Source: Candidatus Enterousia sp. (GTDB taxonomy: Bacteria; Pseudomonadota; Alphaproteobacteria; Rs-D84). From it: a stretch of DNA of 64,000 nt. The notes under the pieces are model-generated. The model was not told the origin of the DNA. It saw only the letters and a list, made by a program, of their open reading frames with translations, and ran no database searches. The position numbers and the translations under genes were made by a program. Shown in pieces: positions 30,951-40,646 of the stretch. The stretch's first letter is position 1; each line of letters opens with the position of its first letter. The DNA is taken from NCBI GenBank assembly GCA_045613785.1, contig JAZLBQ010000026.1, forward strand, positions 1 through 64,000, written 5' to 3'.

Positions 30951-31625
30951 TTATTCCCGCCCATTATTCTTATTTAGTTCTATCTGTGCCACAGCCTGCT
31001 TTAATATATCACGAAATTGTGGCGCAACCACATGCCCAACTCCATACCAAATGCCCTTCAGCGCTTCTTGGGTATCAACATCCATCTGGTCTTTGGTTCT
31101 ATTCAGATAATATTCAATATCTTCGGGCGAAAAACCAAAGGCAACCCCATGAATAAAATCCAACTCCAAATTATTTAACAACTTATCTGCATATTGCGGA
31201 AAGTTCTTTTTTGCATCCTGCACTTTTGCTGGCTTTATCGAAACATTTGCCAATTCTGGATTCAGACGCTTTATTTCATCTACATAACGCTTCATCTGAA
31301 CACGCCAATTGTCCTTATTTTGCAAAATATAATTTTCTAAATCTGCAATTTCCTGTTCTGAATATCGCGTATCACCAACCACTATTTTACGCACCGCTTT
31401 TTGATAATCTTGCAGTCTGTACATATACCCATATCGCATCATCAAACCAAATGGACTTAATCCATCTGGCAACTTATATTGATAATAAATCTTGAATGGT
31501 AATTTTACCCCATGCTCCACAAACATCTTTTCTGCATCCAACGCACTAGACTGATACTCGCCCCACTCTGCATTAAATTGTTCCAGCATAATTTTGTTAA
31601 AAAGCAATTCTGTTTTCTTACTCAT
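30951..31625 (-). CDS. hypothetical protein inserted between lolE and lolD
   Basis: 224 aa ORF overlapping the lolE stop and abutting the lolD start. Confidence 0.75.
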   Translation of the reverse strand: MSKKTELLFNKIMLEQFNAEWGEYQSSALDAEKMFVEHGVKLPFKIYYQYKLPDGLSPFGLMMRYGYMYRLQDYQKAVRKIVVGDTRYSEQEIADLENYILQNKDNWRVQMKRYVDEIKRLNPELANVSIKPAKVQDAKKNFPQYADKLLNNLELDFIHGVAFGFSPEDIEYYLNRTKDQMDVDTQEALKGIWYGVGHVVAPQFRDILKQAVAQIELNKNNGRE

Positions 31626-32871
31626 TTCTCAGCACCTCAACCGGGTCTGTATTTGCCGCTTTCCACGCTGGATACAGCGTCGCCAAAAATGCCAACAATA
31701 TTGCAATCAGCGCAATACCCAAAACATCTGTCCACACCAACTTTGATGGCAACTCTGACAGATAATATAATTCCGCCGGGAACAAATCCCGTCCTGTCAA
31801 CCATTGGAAAAACTGTCGTATTGGTTCAATATAAATTGCGACCACCACCCCCAGTATTGTTCCAAATAACGCCCCAATAATTCCAATTGATGTTCCTGAC
31901 AAAACAAAGATTTTCATCATAGACCGACGACTGACCCCAAAAGTTCGCAACACTGCAATATCTTTGTTTTTATCTTTGACCAGCATTACCAACGACGAAA
32001 CTATATTAAAAGCCGCCACAATAACAATCAGCAACAAGATTAAAAACATAACATTTGATTCGACCTGCAACGCCCCAACAAACCCACGATTTAAATCACG
32101 CCAATCACGGACAACAAATCCTTCGGGCAATAACCTTGCCAAACTTTCCACAACGACTGTTGTATCTTCTGGGTCTTCCAAGAAAACATCAATATGTGTT
32201 ACACTATTTCCGATATTTAGATACTTTTGTGCAGTTTCCAGCGGCATAAAGATATACCCAGAATCATATTCATACATACCCATAAAGAAAGAACTCATCA
32301 CCGGATAAGACATAATTCGTGGCATTGACCCAAAAGGTGTTGGTGTTGCTGCATTTGCCGATACCAATGAAATTTTATCCCCCATCGTGACACGCAACGC
32401 ACGTGTAAGCGACGCCCCTGCAACCAATTCACCATCAGATATAGCAGACAAATCCTTACCATAAATACGTGTTCCATTTTGTGTTTTTTTTGCCAAATCA
32501 GACATACGAATACCACGAATCATTGCCCCTGTGTTATTACCATTGGCTGTGGCCATAACCTGCCCTTCTGCGATTGGCACGATACCGGTTGCCCGTTGTT
32601 CAACAACCTTGTTTTGTTTAATTTTGTCGATTAGGAAATCAAAGTCAGCAATTGCACCATCTTGATGATAGACAACGACATGTCCGTTCATTCCCACGAT
32701 ACGCCCTAACAGAGTCTCGTGAAAACCACCCATTACAGACATCACAACAATCAAGGTCGCAACACCTAACATGATACCAATCAGCGACACCCAGGAAATC
32801 ACAGAACCGAATCCCCGTTTTTTTGCCCCCAAATATCTAAAAGCGATTTTTCTTTCCAGTTTTGAAAACAT
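31618..32871 (-). CDS. lolE: lipoprotein-releasing ABC transporter permease (LolC/E)
   Basis: IAFRYL, GIMLGVATLIVVMSVMGGF, VAAFNIVSSLVMLVKDK, ATLYPAWKAA..DPVEVLRNE. Confidence 0.9.
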   Translation of the reverse strand: MFSKLERKIAFRYLGAKKRGFGSVISWVSLIGIMLGVATLIVVMSVMGGFHETLLGRIVGMNGHVVVYHQDGAIADFDFLIDKIKQNKVVEQRATGIVPIAEGQVMATANGNNTGAMIRGIRMSDLAKKTQNGTRIYGKDLSAISDGELVAGASLTRALRVTMGDKISLVSANAATPTPFGSMPRIMSYPVMSSFFMGMYEYDSGYIFMPLETAQKYLNIGNSVTHIDVFLEDPEDTTVVVESLARLLPEGFVVRDWRDLNRGFVGALQVESNVMFLILLLIVIVAAFNIVSSLVMLVKDKNKDIAVLRTFGVSRRSMMKIFVLSGTSIGIIGALFGTILGVVVAIYIEPIRQFFQWLTGRDLFPAELYYLSELPSKLVWTDVLGIALIAILLAFLATLYPAWKAANTDPVEVLRNE

Positions 32872-32883
32872 CAGTTTTTATCC

Positions 32884-34212
32884 TTATTCACTCAAAAAAT
32901 CACGCAACGCATCACCAATCAGTTCATTTGCCTGTCCAATTTGAGCAGGTCCATCAACAATTGAAATCACACGTGGCGACATAAAGACAACCAGTTCTGC
33001 AAAAGGCGACACCAATGTTTCAGGTGTTGTCACAAACGAATGCGTTGGAATACCGATAATCACATAGTTATCCCCAACACTTGTTGGCAAATTGAATGAG
33101 CTCAATTCTCCCTGACTTGTTCGCAACACGATTTTTGCATCAATCTTATCACGACCACCAAAGTCCCCATATTTTCCGGTTGCCCCAACAATTAAATCTG
33201 TTTCCAATCGTTCTTCACGACCACATTGTCCGATATCAAATCTTGATTGCCAACCATTTGGTATAGCAAACGTTCCTTGAGAAATTAAAACAACATTTGC
33301 CTGTTGTGCTAAAAATTCCTGCAAAGTTTTTGTATTGATTTCAGGACCTACGACCAACGCACGTCCAACGACACCTGGCACAGACATTTTAATATTCTTT
33401 TCACCGAACGCTGGCAATAAATTCATCCAAACAATTGGGTTATCTGTTCGTGGATAGACACGATAAACATCGATATCCCACGCCAACATATATTTCTTTC
33501 CAGAAACATCTGCGATAATCCTTGCGACCTCACGTTCAGTCTGATAATTTCCTTCAAAGACCAACGTTTTATCTTGCCAATCAACAATTAGATTACGCAT
33601 ATCTGCACCATGCATTGCGTCCAGCAACGCCATAATAATCGTTTCATCTTGTGGCATTTTAATCAGCCACTTTCCACGATGCATCAAATGCAATTCGCCA
33701 TTTTGTGCATCATAGGAATAATAAGCACGTCCCATTTTTGCCATCAATTCAACAGCATCAGACAACGCCCCCGATGAAATAGTCCCTGAAATTTTTTCAA
33801 ATAACTGTTCATCTTCTACAACTGCAATATCTGTTCCGTCCAGCAATTTATCCAACGCCCGTTTAACAGTCAAATCCTTGAATTCATAGTCTGAAACTTT
33901 CAACTCTGGCAGTTCATCACCCACCCCCAGACGTATCATTTCAATTTTTTCAGCAGGCACAACCGAAACCACACTTTGATTATTCCAATCAACTTCACAC
34001 CGCTTTGGCAGCTCTACCGAAAAGCGTCGTGCAGTATCTGTTGTCAAGGCTGCTTTTTTTGGAAAGATTGGCACAGAATTTTCATCGATTACCAACTCGT
34101 CAATAACAGTGATATTATCAATAATCTGCACAGGCTTGTCTTCTTGAACACAGGCCGCCATTGCGAAACAACAAATCACCCAAGATAATTTTTTTAATGC
34201 TCTCATACCCAC
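32884..34212 (-). CDS. outer-membrane lipoprotein, possibly secretin-like
   Basis: Lipobox AMAAC, N0/STN-like segment (FKDLTVKRALDKLL), C-terminal ELVVFMSPRVI reminiscent of secretins. Confidence 0.5.
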   Translation of the reverse strand: MGMRALKKLSWVICCFAMAACVQEDKPVQIIDNITVIDELVIDENSVPIFPKKAALTTDTARRFSVELPKRCEVDWNNQSVVSVVPAEKIEMIRLGVGDELPELKVSDYEFKDLTVKRALDKLLDGTDIAVVEDEQLFEKISGTISSGALSDAVELMAKMGRAYYSYDAQNGELHLMHRGKWLIKMPQDETIIMALLDAMHGADMRNLIVDWQDKTLVFEGNYQTEREVARIIADVSGKKYMLAWDIDVYRVYPRTDNPIVWMNLLPAFGEKNIKMSVPGVVGRALVVGPEINTKTLQEFLAQQANVVLISQGTFAIPNGWQSRFDIGQCGREERLETDLIVGATGKYGDFGGRDKIDAKIVLRTSQGELSSFNLPTSVGDNYVIIGIPTHSFVTTPETLVSPFAELVVFMSPRVISIVDGPAQIGQANELIGDALRDFLSE

Positions 34213-34232
34213 TTCCTTTCGATTAGACCCTA

Positions 34233-34556
34233 TCAGATATTCATAACCCTTTCAAATTCTTCCAACGTCATTTCATGTATAGGCTTTTGCGTTGGTGTTA
34301 CTAAATCACGCACACGTTCAAATTGTGCTGCAAAGCGATTTATCAGCCCGACAATTTCTGGGGTCAGATTTTTATTCTGTGCAATCAAACGTCGTCCATA
34401 CTCTACAACATACTCTAACACATCAGCCATATAAAATCGCCCGACATAGTTTTCCATTGCAATCCCACCCTTTTGGACACAGATTGCAGACATCATCATT
34501 GCGGTCTGATTATAGTAATTTGCCAACTTGATAAACTGCTGAACAGTCACAGCCAT
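34233..34556 (-). CDS. hypothetical protein
   Basis: Start moved to MAVTVQQF, which follows an AAGGA SD. Confidence 0.65.
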   Translation of the reverse strand: MAVTVQQFIKLANYYNQTAMMMSAICVQKGGIAMENYVGRFYMADVLEYVVEYGRRLIAQNKNLTPEIVGLINRFAAQFERVRDLVTPTQKPIHEMTLEEFERVMNI

Positions 34557-34632
34557 ACTATTGTCCTTTCTCTCTTTTTTTACATTATAAAAACTATTGC
34601 CCCCATAACGCAATTAAATTATAATATAAACC

Positions 34633-35019
34633 ATGAGAATAAAAATTCTAAGCATCTTTTTATGCATTGCTTTAACTTCATGTGCCTCTGTAAACCAAGG
34701 CAGTATTGACGACGCAACTGTTTTAAATTGGGAAAATGAAGCGGTTACTACCGAACAATTCGTCCGTGACCACAAATCATGCCTGGGAATAGACCGCCCG
34801 TCATACCAGCCACGCTCACGCATTGCGAAATTACTGGCCCCTAACCAGTCTGCAATGATGCCTGATTGGGACGGTCTGTGGGTAACCTTTCAATCAAACG
34901 AATATCGTGACGTTGGGCAACGCAGCCTGATGAGTGTCCCCCGCAACAGTTCATCACGCACCGTTGGTGCATACCGCCGTTGTATGTTCCGCCGTGGATA
35001 TTTATTACGTGCAATGTAA
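34633..35019 (+). CDS. lipoprotein of unknown function
   Basis: Lipobox LTSC, RDHKSC ... YRRCMFRRGY Cys pair. Confidence 0.75.
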   Translation: MRIKILSIFLCIALTSCASVNQGSIDDATVLNWENEAVTTEQFVRDHKSCLGIDRPSYQPRSRIAKLLAPNQSAMMPDWDGLWVTFQSNEYRDVGQRSLMSVPRNSSSRTVGAYRRCMFRRGYLLRAM

Positions 35020-35056
35020 AAAAAACAATCCCGAACAGGGATTTTTTTATTCTCAA

Positions 35057-35217
35057 AAACAAACGCAAAATAGATGATGAATTTCTGGTGCCCGCAGGGT
35101 GCCAGAAAATTATCAGATATTGCGTATTGTGCAAATTTTACGATGGGCGTGTATTGAACATACATAACCTGAGTAAAATTAAACAAACGCAAAATAGATG
35201 GTGAATTTCTGGTGCCC
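35057..35217. repeat. 37 bp direct repeat including the tRNA-Thr 3' end, flanking a related palindromic module
   Basis: AAACAAACGCAAAATAGATG(A/G)TGAATTTCTGGTGCCC at 35057-35093 and 35181-35217. Confidence 0.85.
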
Positions 35218-35283
35218 TAAGCAAGAATCGGACTTGCGACTCGTCCTTACCAAGGACGTGTTTTACCACTAGACTATTAGGGC
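35210..35283 (-). tRNA. tRNA-Thr(GGT)
   Basis: GCCCTAATAGTCTAGTGGTAAAACACGTCCTTGGTAAGGACG...TTAGGGCACCA cloverleaf. Confidence 0.93.
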
Positions 35284-35362
35284 GACAAAACTTTTTTTCA
35301 ATTATACGAAGCCACAAGAAAAAATCAAGGATAAAAAATAAAGAATCCTAAACGTTTAAATG

Positions 35363-35570
35363 AAATTAAATAGAATGATTTAGATGCGGACAGTGCCGTC
35401 CCCACAGTGTCCAGAAGCGACATAAGGGAACGGCCCGTTCGCAGATGAATTATCAACAAATAAATGAAATTAAATAGAATAGTTTAGATATGTGAAAATC
35501 CGTTGGCGTAATGTATTGAACATACATGAGCCAACGGATTTACGCATAGATGAATTATTATATTTAATTT
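35363..35570. repeat. two tandem palindromic elements, copies 6 and 7 (35363-35453, 35467-35570)
   Basis: Same AAATTAAATAGAAT..TAGAT left end. The second has an AATCCGTTGGC/GCCAACGGATT stem and a GTAATGTATTGAACATACATGA core. Confidence 0.88.
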
Positions 35571-36127
35571 TACTCGATACAACAGTTGACGGCATTCCTA
35601 ACCCAGTTCTTTAACTTGCCCATACCACTCTTTTTTTCAGCCTTTGCGGTTTCAGGTGGACATTCAGCAGTTTTTACTGATTCTGATTTTTTTGTTGCTT
35701 TGGCTTCTTTTTTTTCGCCGGTCAGCATCCCCATATTCAATCCCCAGAACATACAATACAATTCATAGGATTGATCAAACAAAGAATACGCAGTTTCTTT
35801 ATCCCCTGCAGCCAAGGCTTTAGTTCCAACTTCGAACACACGCATAGATGCCGCCAACAAGTGCTTTGAAATACACCAAACCTCACCTTCATAAGAAGGG
35901 ATAATTTTCAGCATTGCATTTTTACGCATTTCACGGACTTCGTTTATCAAGTCATAGAATTCTGTCTTGCCAGTTTTTGCACCTGAAAACATTAAATGTT
36001 CTTCGATAGAAATCAGGTTCATAATACCGATTGTCAAATCTTGGTCGCTAGACAAATCTTTTGGATTTACTTTTTTTGCGGCATCTAACTTTTCGACAAA
36101 TTCCTGAACAGATTCAATTTTTTTCAT
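35570..36127 (-). CDS. hypothetical protein ending in CCIE
   Basis: IMNLISIEEH, EGEVWCISKHLL, terminal NCCIE. GAGGT SD. Confidence 0.78.
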   Translation of the reverse strand: MKKIESVQEFVEKLDAAKKVNPKDLSSDQDLTIGIMNLISIEEHLMFSGAKTGKTEFYDLINEVREMRKNAMLKIIPSYEGEVWCISKHLLAASMRVFEVGTKALAAGDKETAYSLFDQSYELYCMFWGLNMGMLTGEKKEAKATKKSESVKTAECPPETAKAEKKSGMGKLKNWVRNAVNCCIE

Positions 36128-36144
36128 ACCTCAATCCTTTTAAT

Positions 36145-36642
36145 TTACATACAACCAATCATCAACCAACTAGCCAACAACAATGCTACAATAGGCAAAA
36201 CTACTTTTTCAAACGGAAAGTGAGCATGTCCACCATTTTTATTTTTCATCCACTGATATAATTTGCCTACCAAGACAAAAATCAATGCCCCACACAAAGT
36301 TCCAAACAACACAGGGTCCATAACGAACGCCCCACAAATTGTTACAGGGTTATATTCGACGACGCCCATATAAACGAACCCGATCATTGCAACAGACAAC
36401 AAAATCACGAATGCATCACGTCCACGGAAATGCCATTTTTTCTTGTCCATAAATTTCAAGGTCCAATACCCCAGCAAAGTCAACAATGCCCCAGCCCACA
36501 AACCAACAACTGCATCAGGCACGCCCAAGCGTCGTGCGATATCCAACCCTGCCCCAATGGCGATTGTGCAAACCGGGCACGCCGGATTAGCCAAAAGATT
36601 TCCTGGCATCAACGCAATCAAAGCCAACAAAAATTTACGCAT
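36145..36642 (-). CDS. multi-TM membrane protein with CxxC
   Basis: ANPACPVCTIAIGAGL, several TM helices, HAHFPFEKVV. Start moved to MRKFLL. Confidence 0.78.
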   Translation of the reverse strand: MRKFLLALIALMPGNLLANPACPVCTIAIGAGLDIARRLGVPDAVVGLWAGALLTLLGYWTLKFMDKKKWHFRGRDAFVILLSVAMIGFVYMGVVEYNPVTICGAFVMDPVLFGTLCGALIFVLVGKLYQWMKNKNGGHAHFPFEKVVLPIVALLLASWLMIGCM

Positions 36643-36814
36643 AACCTTTCCTTTTACTGCTAAATCGTTAGCATTATACAAAATATATAAAAGATAAGTC
36701 AACCCCCACAAATCAAAAACCACCTTCTGCTTGCACCCCTGCATTTTTATGCTATAAACTCTATGTAAAGTTTTTTTATAAAAATATTCCTAAAAATTTG
36801 ATATAATTATAGTT

Positions 36815-37744
36815 ATGAGATATATCACTTTATTTTTTATAATATTTCCATTTGTCGCATCGGCGAATGCACTGCCGCTGGATGATGCATTGCGTGCCAC
36901 ATACACCGCATGCGTTGGTATTGATGATGAATTGACTGACCTGAAAACAATGGCCGGGATAAATACTGCAATTACATCTGTTGGAACGGCGGCCGGTGTT
37001 GGTGCAACGGTCACAGGGCTTGTAAAAGCCAACAAAGATAAACAAATTGAAGTAAAACTGGAAAAACTGCGCGAAATTGAACAAAAAAATCCAGACCTAC
37101 AATCCACAAATGCTGAATGGGATAATTTTGAATCCGGCCTGACAACAGAACTGGCCAATGCAAAAATAGAGGTTGAAAAATATCAGGCTGAAATTGAAAA
37201 ACTGAATAAGCAATCAAAAAAATTGGGTAATTGGCGGACAGGCCTGATGGCGGGCGCAACCGCAACCAATGTGGCTGGTGCAATTATTGCCGGCACAAAT
37301 AAAGTAGATGGCGACCTGAAAACGCAAATAGACAATTGTATCGGCAGTGTCAAAACCCTGCAAAATTCCATTATGCAGGCACGAATAAATGGCGAAGATG
37401 TGTCCGAGGCAGAAACAATCGCATCCGCATGCGTCGAATATGAATATGTCGATGTGTCCAAAATAAACAATCGTGCCAAGGGCGCAATGATTTCATCCTC
37501 CGTTGGTGCTGCGACTGGATTGGCCGGAACGATTACATCCGCCACAGCCAATTCAAACAAAATACGCAATGCCCAGGGTGATGCAGCACAACAAAAAGAA
37601 AAAAATCTGAATACTGCCTCAAATGTGTTGGCGGGCGCAACAACTGTGGCTTCGGCAACAGCAACTGTATTCAACGCGACACAGATATCCGCGATAAAAA
37701 AAGTAGCAAGTGTTGCCGAAAAATGTACGGGGGTATTGAAATGA
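36815..37744 (+). CDS. secreted Ala/Gly/Thr-rich helical protein
   Basis: Signal peptide (ANA-LP), repeated glycine-zipper-like GAATG segments and a coiled coil. Confidence 0.75.
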   Translation: MRYITLFFIIFPFVASANALPLDDALRATYTACVGIDDELTDLKTMAGINTAITSVGTAAGVGATVTGLVKANKDKQIEVKLEKLREIEQKNPDLQSTNAEWDNFESGLTTELANAKIEVEKYQAEIEKLNKQSKKLGNWRTGLMAGATATNVAGAIIAGTNKVDGDLKTQIDNCIGSVKTLQNSIMQARINGEDVSEAETIASACVEYEYVDVSKINNRAKGAMISSSVGAATGLAGTITSATANSNKIRNAQGDAAQQKEKNLNTASNVLAGATTVASATATVFNATQISAIKKVASVAEKCTGVLK

Positions 37745-40374
37745 AGAAAACCCTGATTGCATTTTTGTGTACATTTATTGCGTTACCTGCGGTGGCTGAT
37801 AATTATATCAAATTCAAGGCATCCGCAATCGAAGATACGATAAATACAATGGTGCCAGAATCACACCGCGCGTCCGCAGCAGACGAATATCAAAAACAGA
37901 TGGATTCAACCACCGGTAAAATATCTGTTATGGGTATTTACAAGGTTTGTGCAGCCGCCGGGTTCAATATAAATAACACAAATGGATATAACGGTTGTCG
38001 CCTGTTTATAAATACAATCGCAGAAAAATCTGGTTTTGGCTCTGGCAGCGCAACCCAACAAAATTGTGCAAACAAGTTCAATGGCATTTGGGCTTTATCC
38101 CCCGATGGCACAGAACAATGTGTTGGCAGAGACGGCCATAAATTGGTATATCACGCATCATGTGATGGTGCGGGTGACGGTTGTATACGGGATTTTTCAT
38201 CCCTGCAAACCCAGGAACCAAATGCACGCGAATTTATACAGGCATACGGACAACAAAAGAATCTGCAATTTACATGTTGGTATACATATGACAATCGTCG
38301 TGGCATAACCAGCCCACTGGGGCAAGATTACATAAAATGTAGTGCCGGTGGTAAATCATACGAATTTGAATTTGACGATTTGATTCAGGACCCAAGTAAA
38401 ACCGCGGTTGAATCTGAAAATACAGCCCTGTGTGAAATGTTTGGTGGTAAAATTGTAAAAAATCCAGACAGCAGTATTGAAAAACAATGGCAATCGTGCG
38501 AAGTATCAAGGGAAATTTGCAATGGCCCACTACATAATTTGGCAGTCAAAATCGGACACAATGTAATGTACCAGGGATACTGCCGCCTGTCACGCACAGT
38601 AACAGAAACATCGGTCGTTGGTCTGAAAACATTACCAGGTGTGGACAGTCGTATATTCTATAACACAGGCGCCCAAATGCGTGCCGGCATGGCCAAGGAA
38701 CAAACCGAAGAATATCTGCGCACAAAATTCCCAAATGAAACATATGTAAACTGTGACCCAAATCCAAAAATATTGAACGAAGGCTTTGGAATTGACCGGG
38801 ACTATGTCATGACCTGTACCGTTGGCAGTAAACAGGTTGATTTCATATTCCATGACCTGACCGAGGGGGCGGATTATAAAGCAGAATCTGGCGAAGCAAA
38901 AATGGCATGTGCAATTGTGTCCGAGCGTCTTAACGGACAAAACTGCCATGGTTTGGACCAAGCTGCATGTACAGACCTGGGCAACAAATTAAAGCAAATG
39001 GGGCGTCGTGGCACAGACTATAAACCCGAACAAGGTGGCTGTATATTACTAGACACACAAAACGAAGAACTGGTTAATCTGGGATTGGAAATTGCGGGCG
39101 GTGTTGCATTAACAGTCCTCACAGGTGGCTATGGCGCAATTGCTGTCGTTGCCTCAATTGCAACAGATATTGGCTTTGAACAACTGAATCAATTGCTACG
39201 CAAAATTCCCTATAACGACTATCTAGAGTTTATGGAACACGCCAATAAATGTAGCGACACCGACACCAGCATTGAAAATCAGTATTGCGCTGGGAATGTT
39301 CTGAATAAATATTTTGCATTAATTGCGGGCAGCATGGATAATCTGGCGCCTGAAATCCAGCAACGTGCAAGTGATAAATTACAATCCATGATGAGAATTC
39401 TTTCAGATCCCGAAATCCTAACAACGGTTGATTTGTCTCACATTTCGGTTCAAAAGCGATCACGAAACCTGGCTTCGTTTGGTGCACTGGGATTATTATG
39501 GCTGGCAAACCCTGATAAATGGGCAACCAAGGCCGATGATTTAATCCGCCAAGCCACAAAAATGGGAAAAACTATCAACAAAATTGATAATGTCGTTGAC
39601 GCTGCGCGTATGTTTGGACGCACCAATCTTGATGATATTGGTGTTTATTCCAAGGGGTGGAGTGCTTTTCCATTGGAAGGATACAATAAATTCAAAATAA
39701 AGGAAATAAGTTATCCAGGTGAAGCCGATGATGTACGTAGGGCCTTAGAATCTTCTGTGCCTAAAAAACCAAACCAAGCATTCTTAGGTGTAAAAGACGA
39801 CTATATTTACATAACATATGCAACAGATTTAGATCAGATGCGTCCTATATTCAACAGATATGTATCTGGTTCTAGTGTCGATAATGTTGCCGAAGCAACA
39901 ATAAAAATTCCAGCTGGAAAACAGGGGGCGGCAGATATTATCCACAGAAGCGGAAACTCGGATGGTCTTACCGGATGGGAACCTGTCGAGACAATCGGTG
40001 ATATAAAGACACCTACATATAACCAAGCTTACACATCGCCATCAAATACAAGCACAAGCAAAAGGTCTATTGTTGACGATTTGTTGGAGGAAAGACGCAA
40101 AGCACAACAGGTATCTGTTCAAACACCGCAAACAACAGCAACAACCCAAAAATCGTTCTTAGATATTGCACGTGAAGCCGATGAGGCGGGTCAAGCAAGA
40201 ATAGACGCATTTCGTGCAAAATACGACATGAGTACACAAGGCAGACTAAAATATACAAAAGAGCAATGGAAAGAAATTTTTGATAATGAAATCGGGTGGT
40301 CTGACCTAGAGGATACTTTCAGGGATGATTTTTTCCGTGATTATCAGTCTCTACTTGAACTAAATCGATACTAA
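37741..40374 (+). CDS. large secreted Cys-rich protein with distinct C-terminal region
   Basis: MKKTLIAF signal peptide, two related Cys-rich modules (DYIKCSAGGKSYEFEFDDL / DYVMTCTVGSKQVDFIFHDL), a hydrophobic hairpin, then a Cys-free tail. ATGA overlap with the upstream gene. Confidence 0.8.
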   Translation: MKKTLIAFLCTFIALPAVADNYIKFKASAIEDTINTMVPESHRASAADEYQKQMDSTTGKISVMGIYKVCAAAGFNINNTNGYNGCRLFINTIAEKSGFGSGSATQQNCANKFNGIWALSPDGTEQCVGRDGHKLVYHASCDGAGDGCIRDFSSLQTQEPNAREFIQAYGQQKNLQFTCWYTYDNRRGITSPLGQDYIKCSAGGKSYEFEFDDLIQDPSKTAVESENTALCEMFGGKIVKNPDSSIEKQWQSCEVSREICNGPLHNLAVKIGHNVMYQGYCRLSRTVTETSVVGLKTLPGVDSRIFYNTGAQMRAGMAKEQTEEYLRTKFPNETYVNCDPNPKILNEGFGIDRDYVMTCTVGSKQVDFIFHDLTEGADYKAESGEAKMACAIVSERLNGQNCHGLDQAACTDLGNKLKQMGRRGTDYKPEQGGCILLDTQNEELVNLGLEIAGGVALTVLTGGYGAIAVVASIATDIGFEQLNQLLRKIPYNDYLEFMEHANKCSDTDTSIENQYCAGNVLNKYFALIAGSMDNLAPEIQQRASDKLQSMMRILSDPEILTTVDLSHISVQKRSRNLASFGALGLLWLANPDKWATKADDLIRQATKMGKTINKIDNVVDAARMFGRTNLDDIGVYSKGWSAFPLEGYNKFKIKEISYPGEADDVRRALESSVPKKPNQAFLGVKDDYIYITYATDLDQMRPIFNRYVSGSSVDNVAEATIKIPAGKQGAADIIHRSGNSDGLTGWEPVETIGDIKTPTYNQAYTSPSNTSTSKRSIVDDLLEERRKAQQVSVQTPQTTATTQKSFLDIAREADEAGQARIDAFRAKYDMSTQGRLKYTKEQWKEIFDNEIGWSDLEDTFRDDFFRDYQSLLELNRY

Positions 40375-40646
40375 TCCAATCGCCCCTGTGGCGGTTTTTG
40401 TTTAGTTGTATTTTGTATTATACCTTATCCCTTTGTAAACCTTTGTAATCTTTTGTAGCCTTTTGCCGCGACTTTCTGTTTGTTTCCCTTTATAATTCAT
40501 AGTGTAAAGCAAGCAAAAGGATTACGCATGTAAACATATTTTTCTATGTCCGAAATTATGTCTAGAATATGTAAAACAATCTGCGTAAAGTCGCGAAATC
40601 GGGAAAATTGGCACAAAATAAAAAATCCCGGAACACCGGGAAATTC

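Noticed and set aside
16023-35570. Palindromic repeats interpreted as CRISPR repeats or integron attC sites
   Set aside because: They are dispersed, have no repeat-spacer periodicity and no cas or intI gene, lack RYYYAAC/GTTRRRY ends, and flank housekeeping genes.
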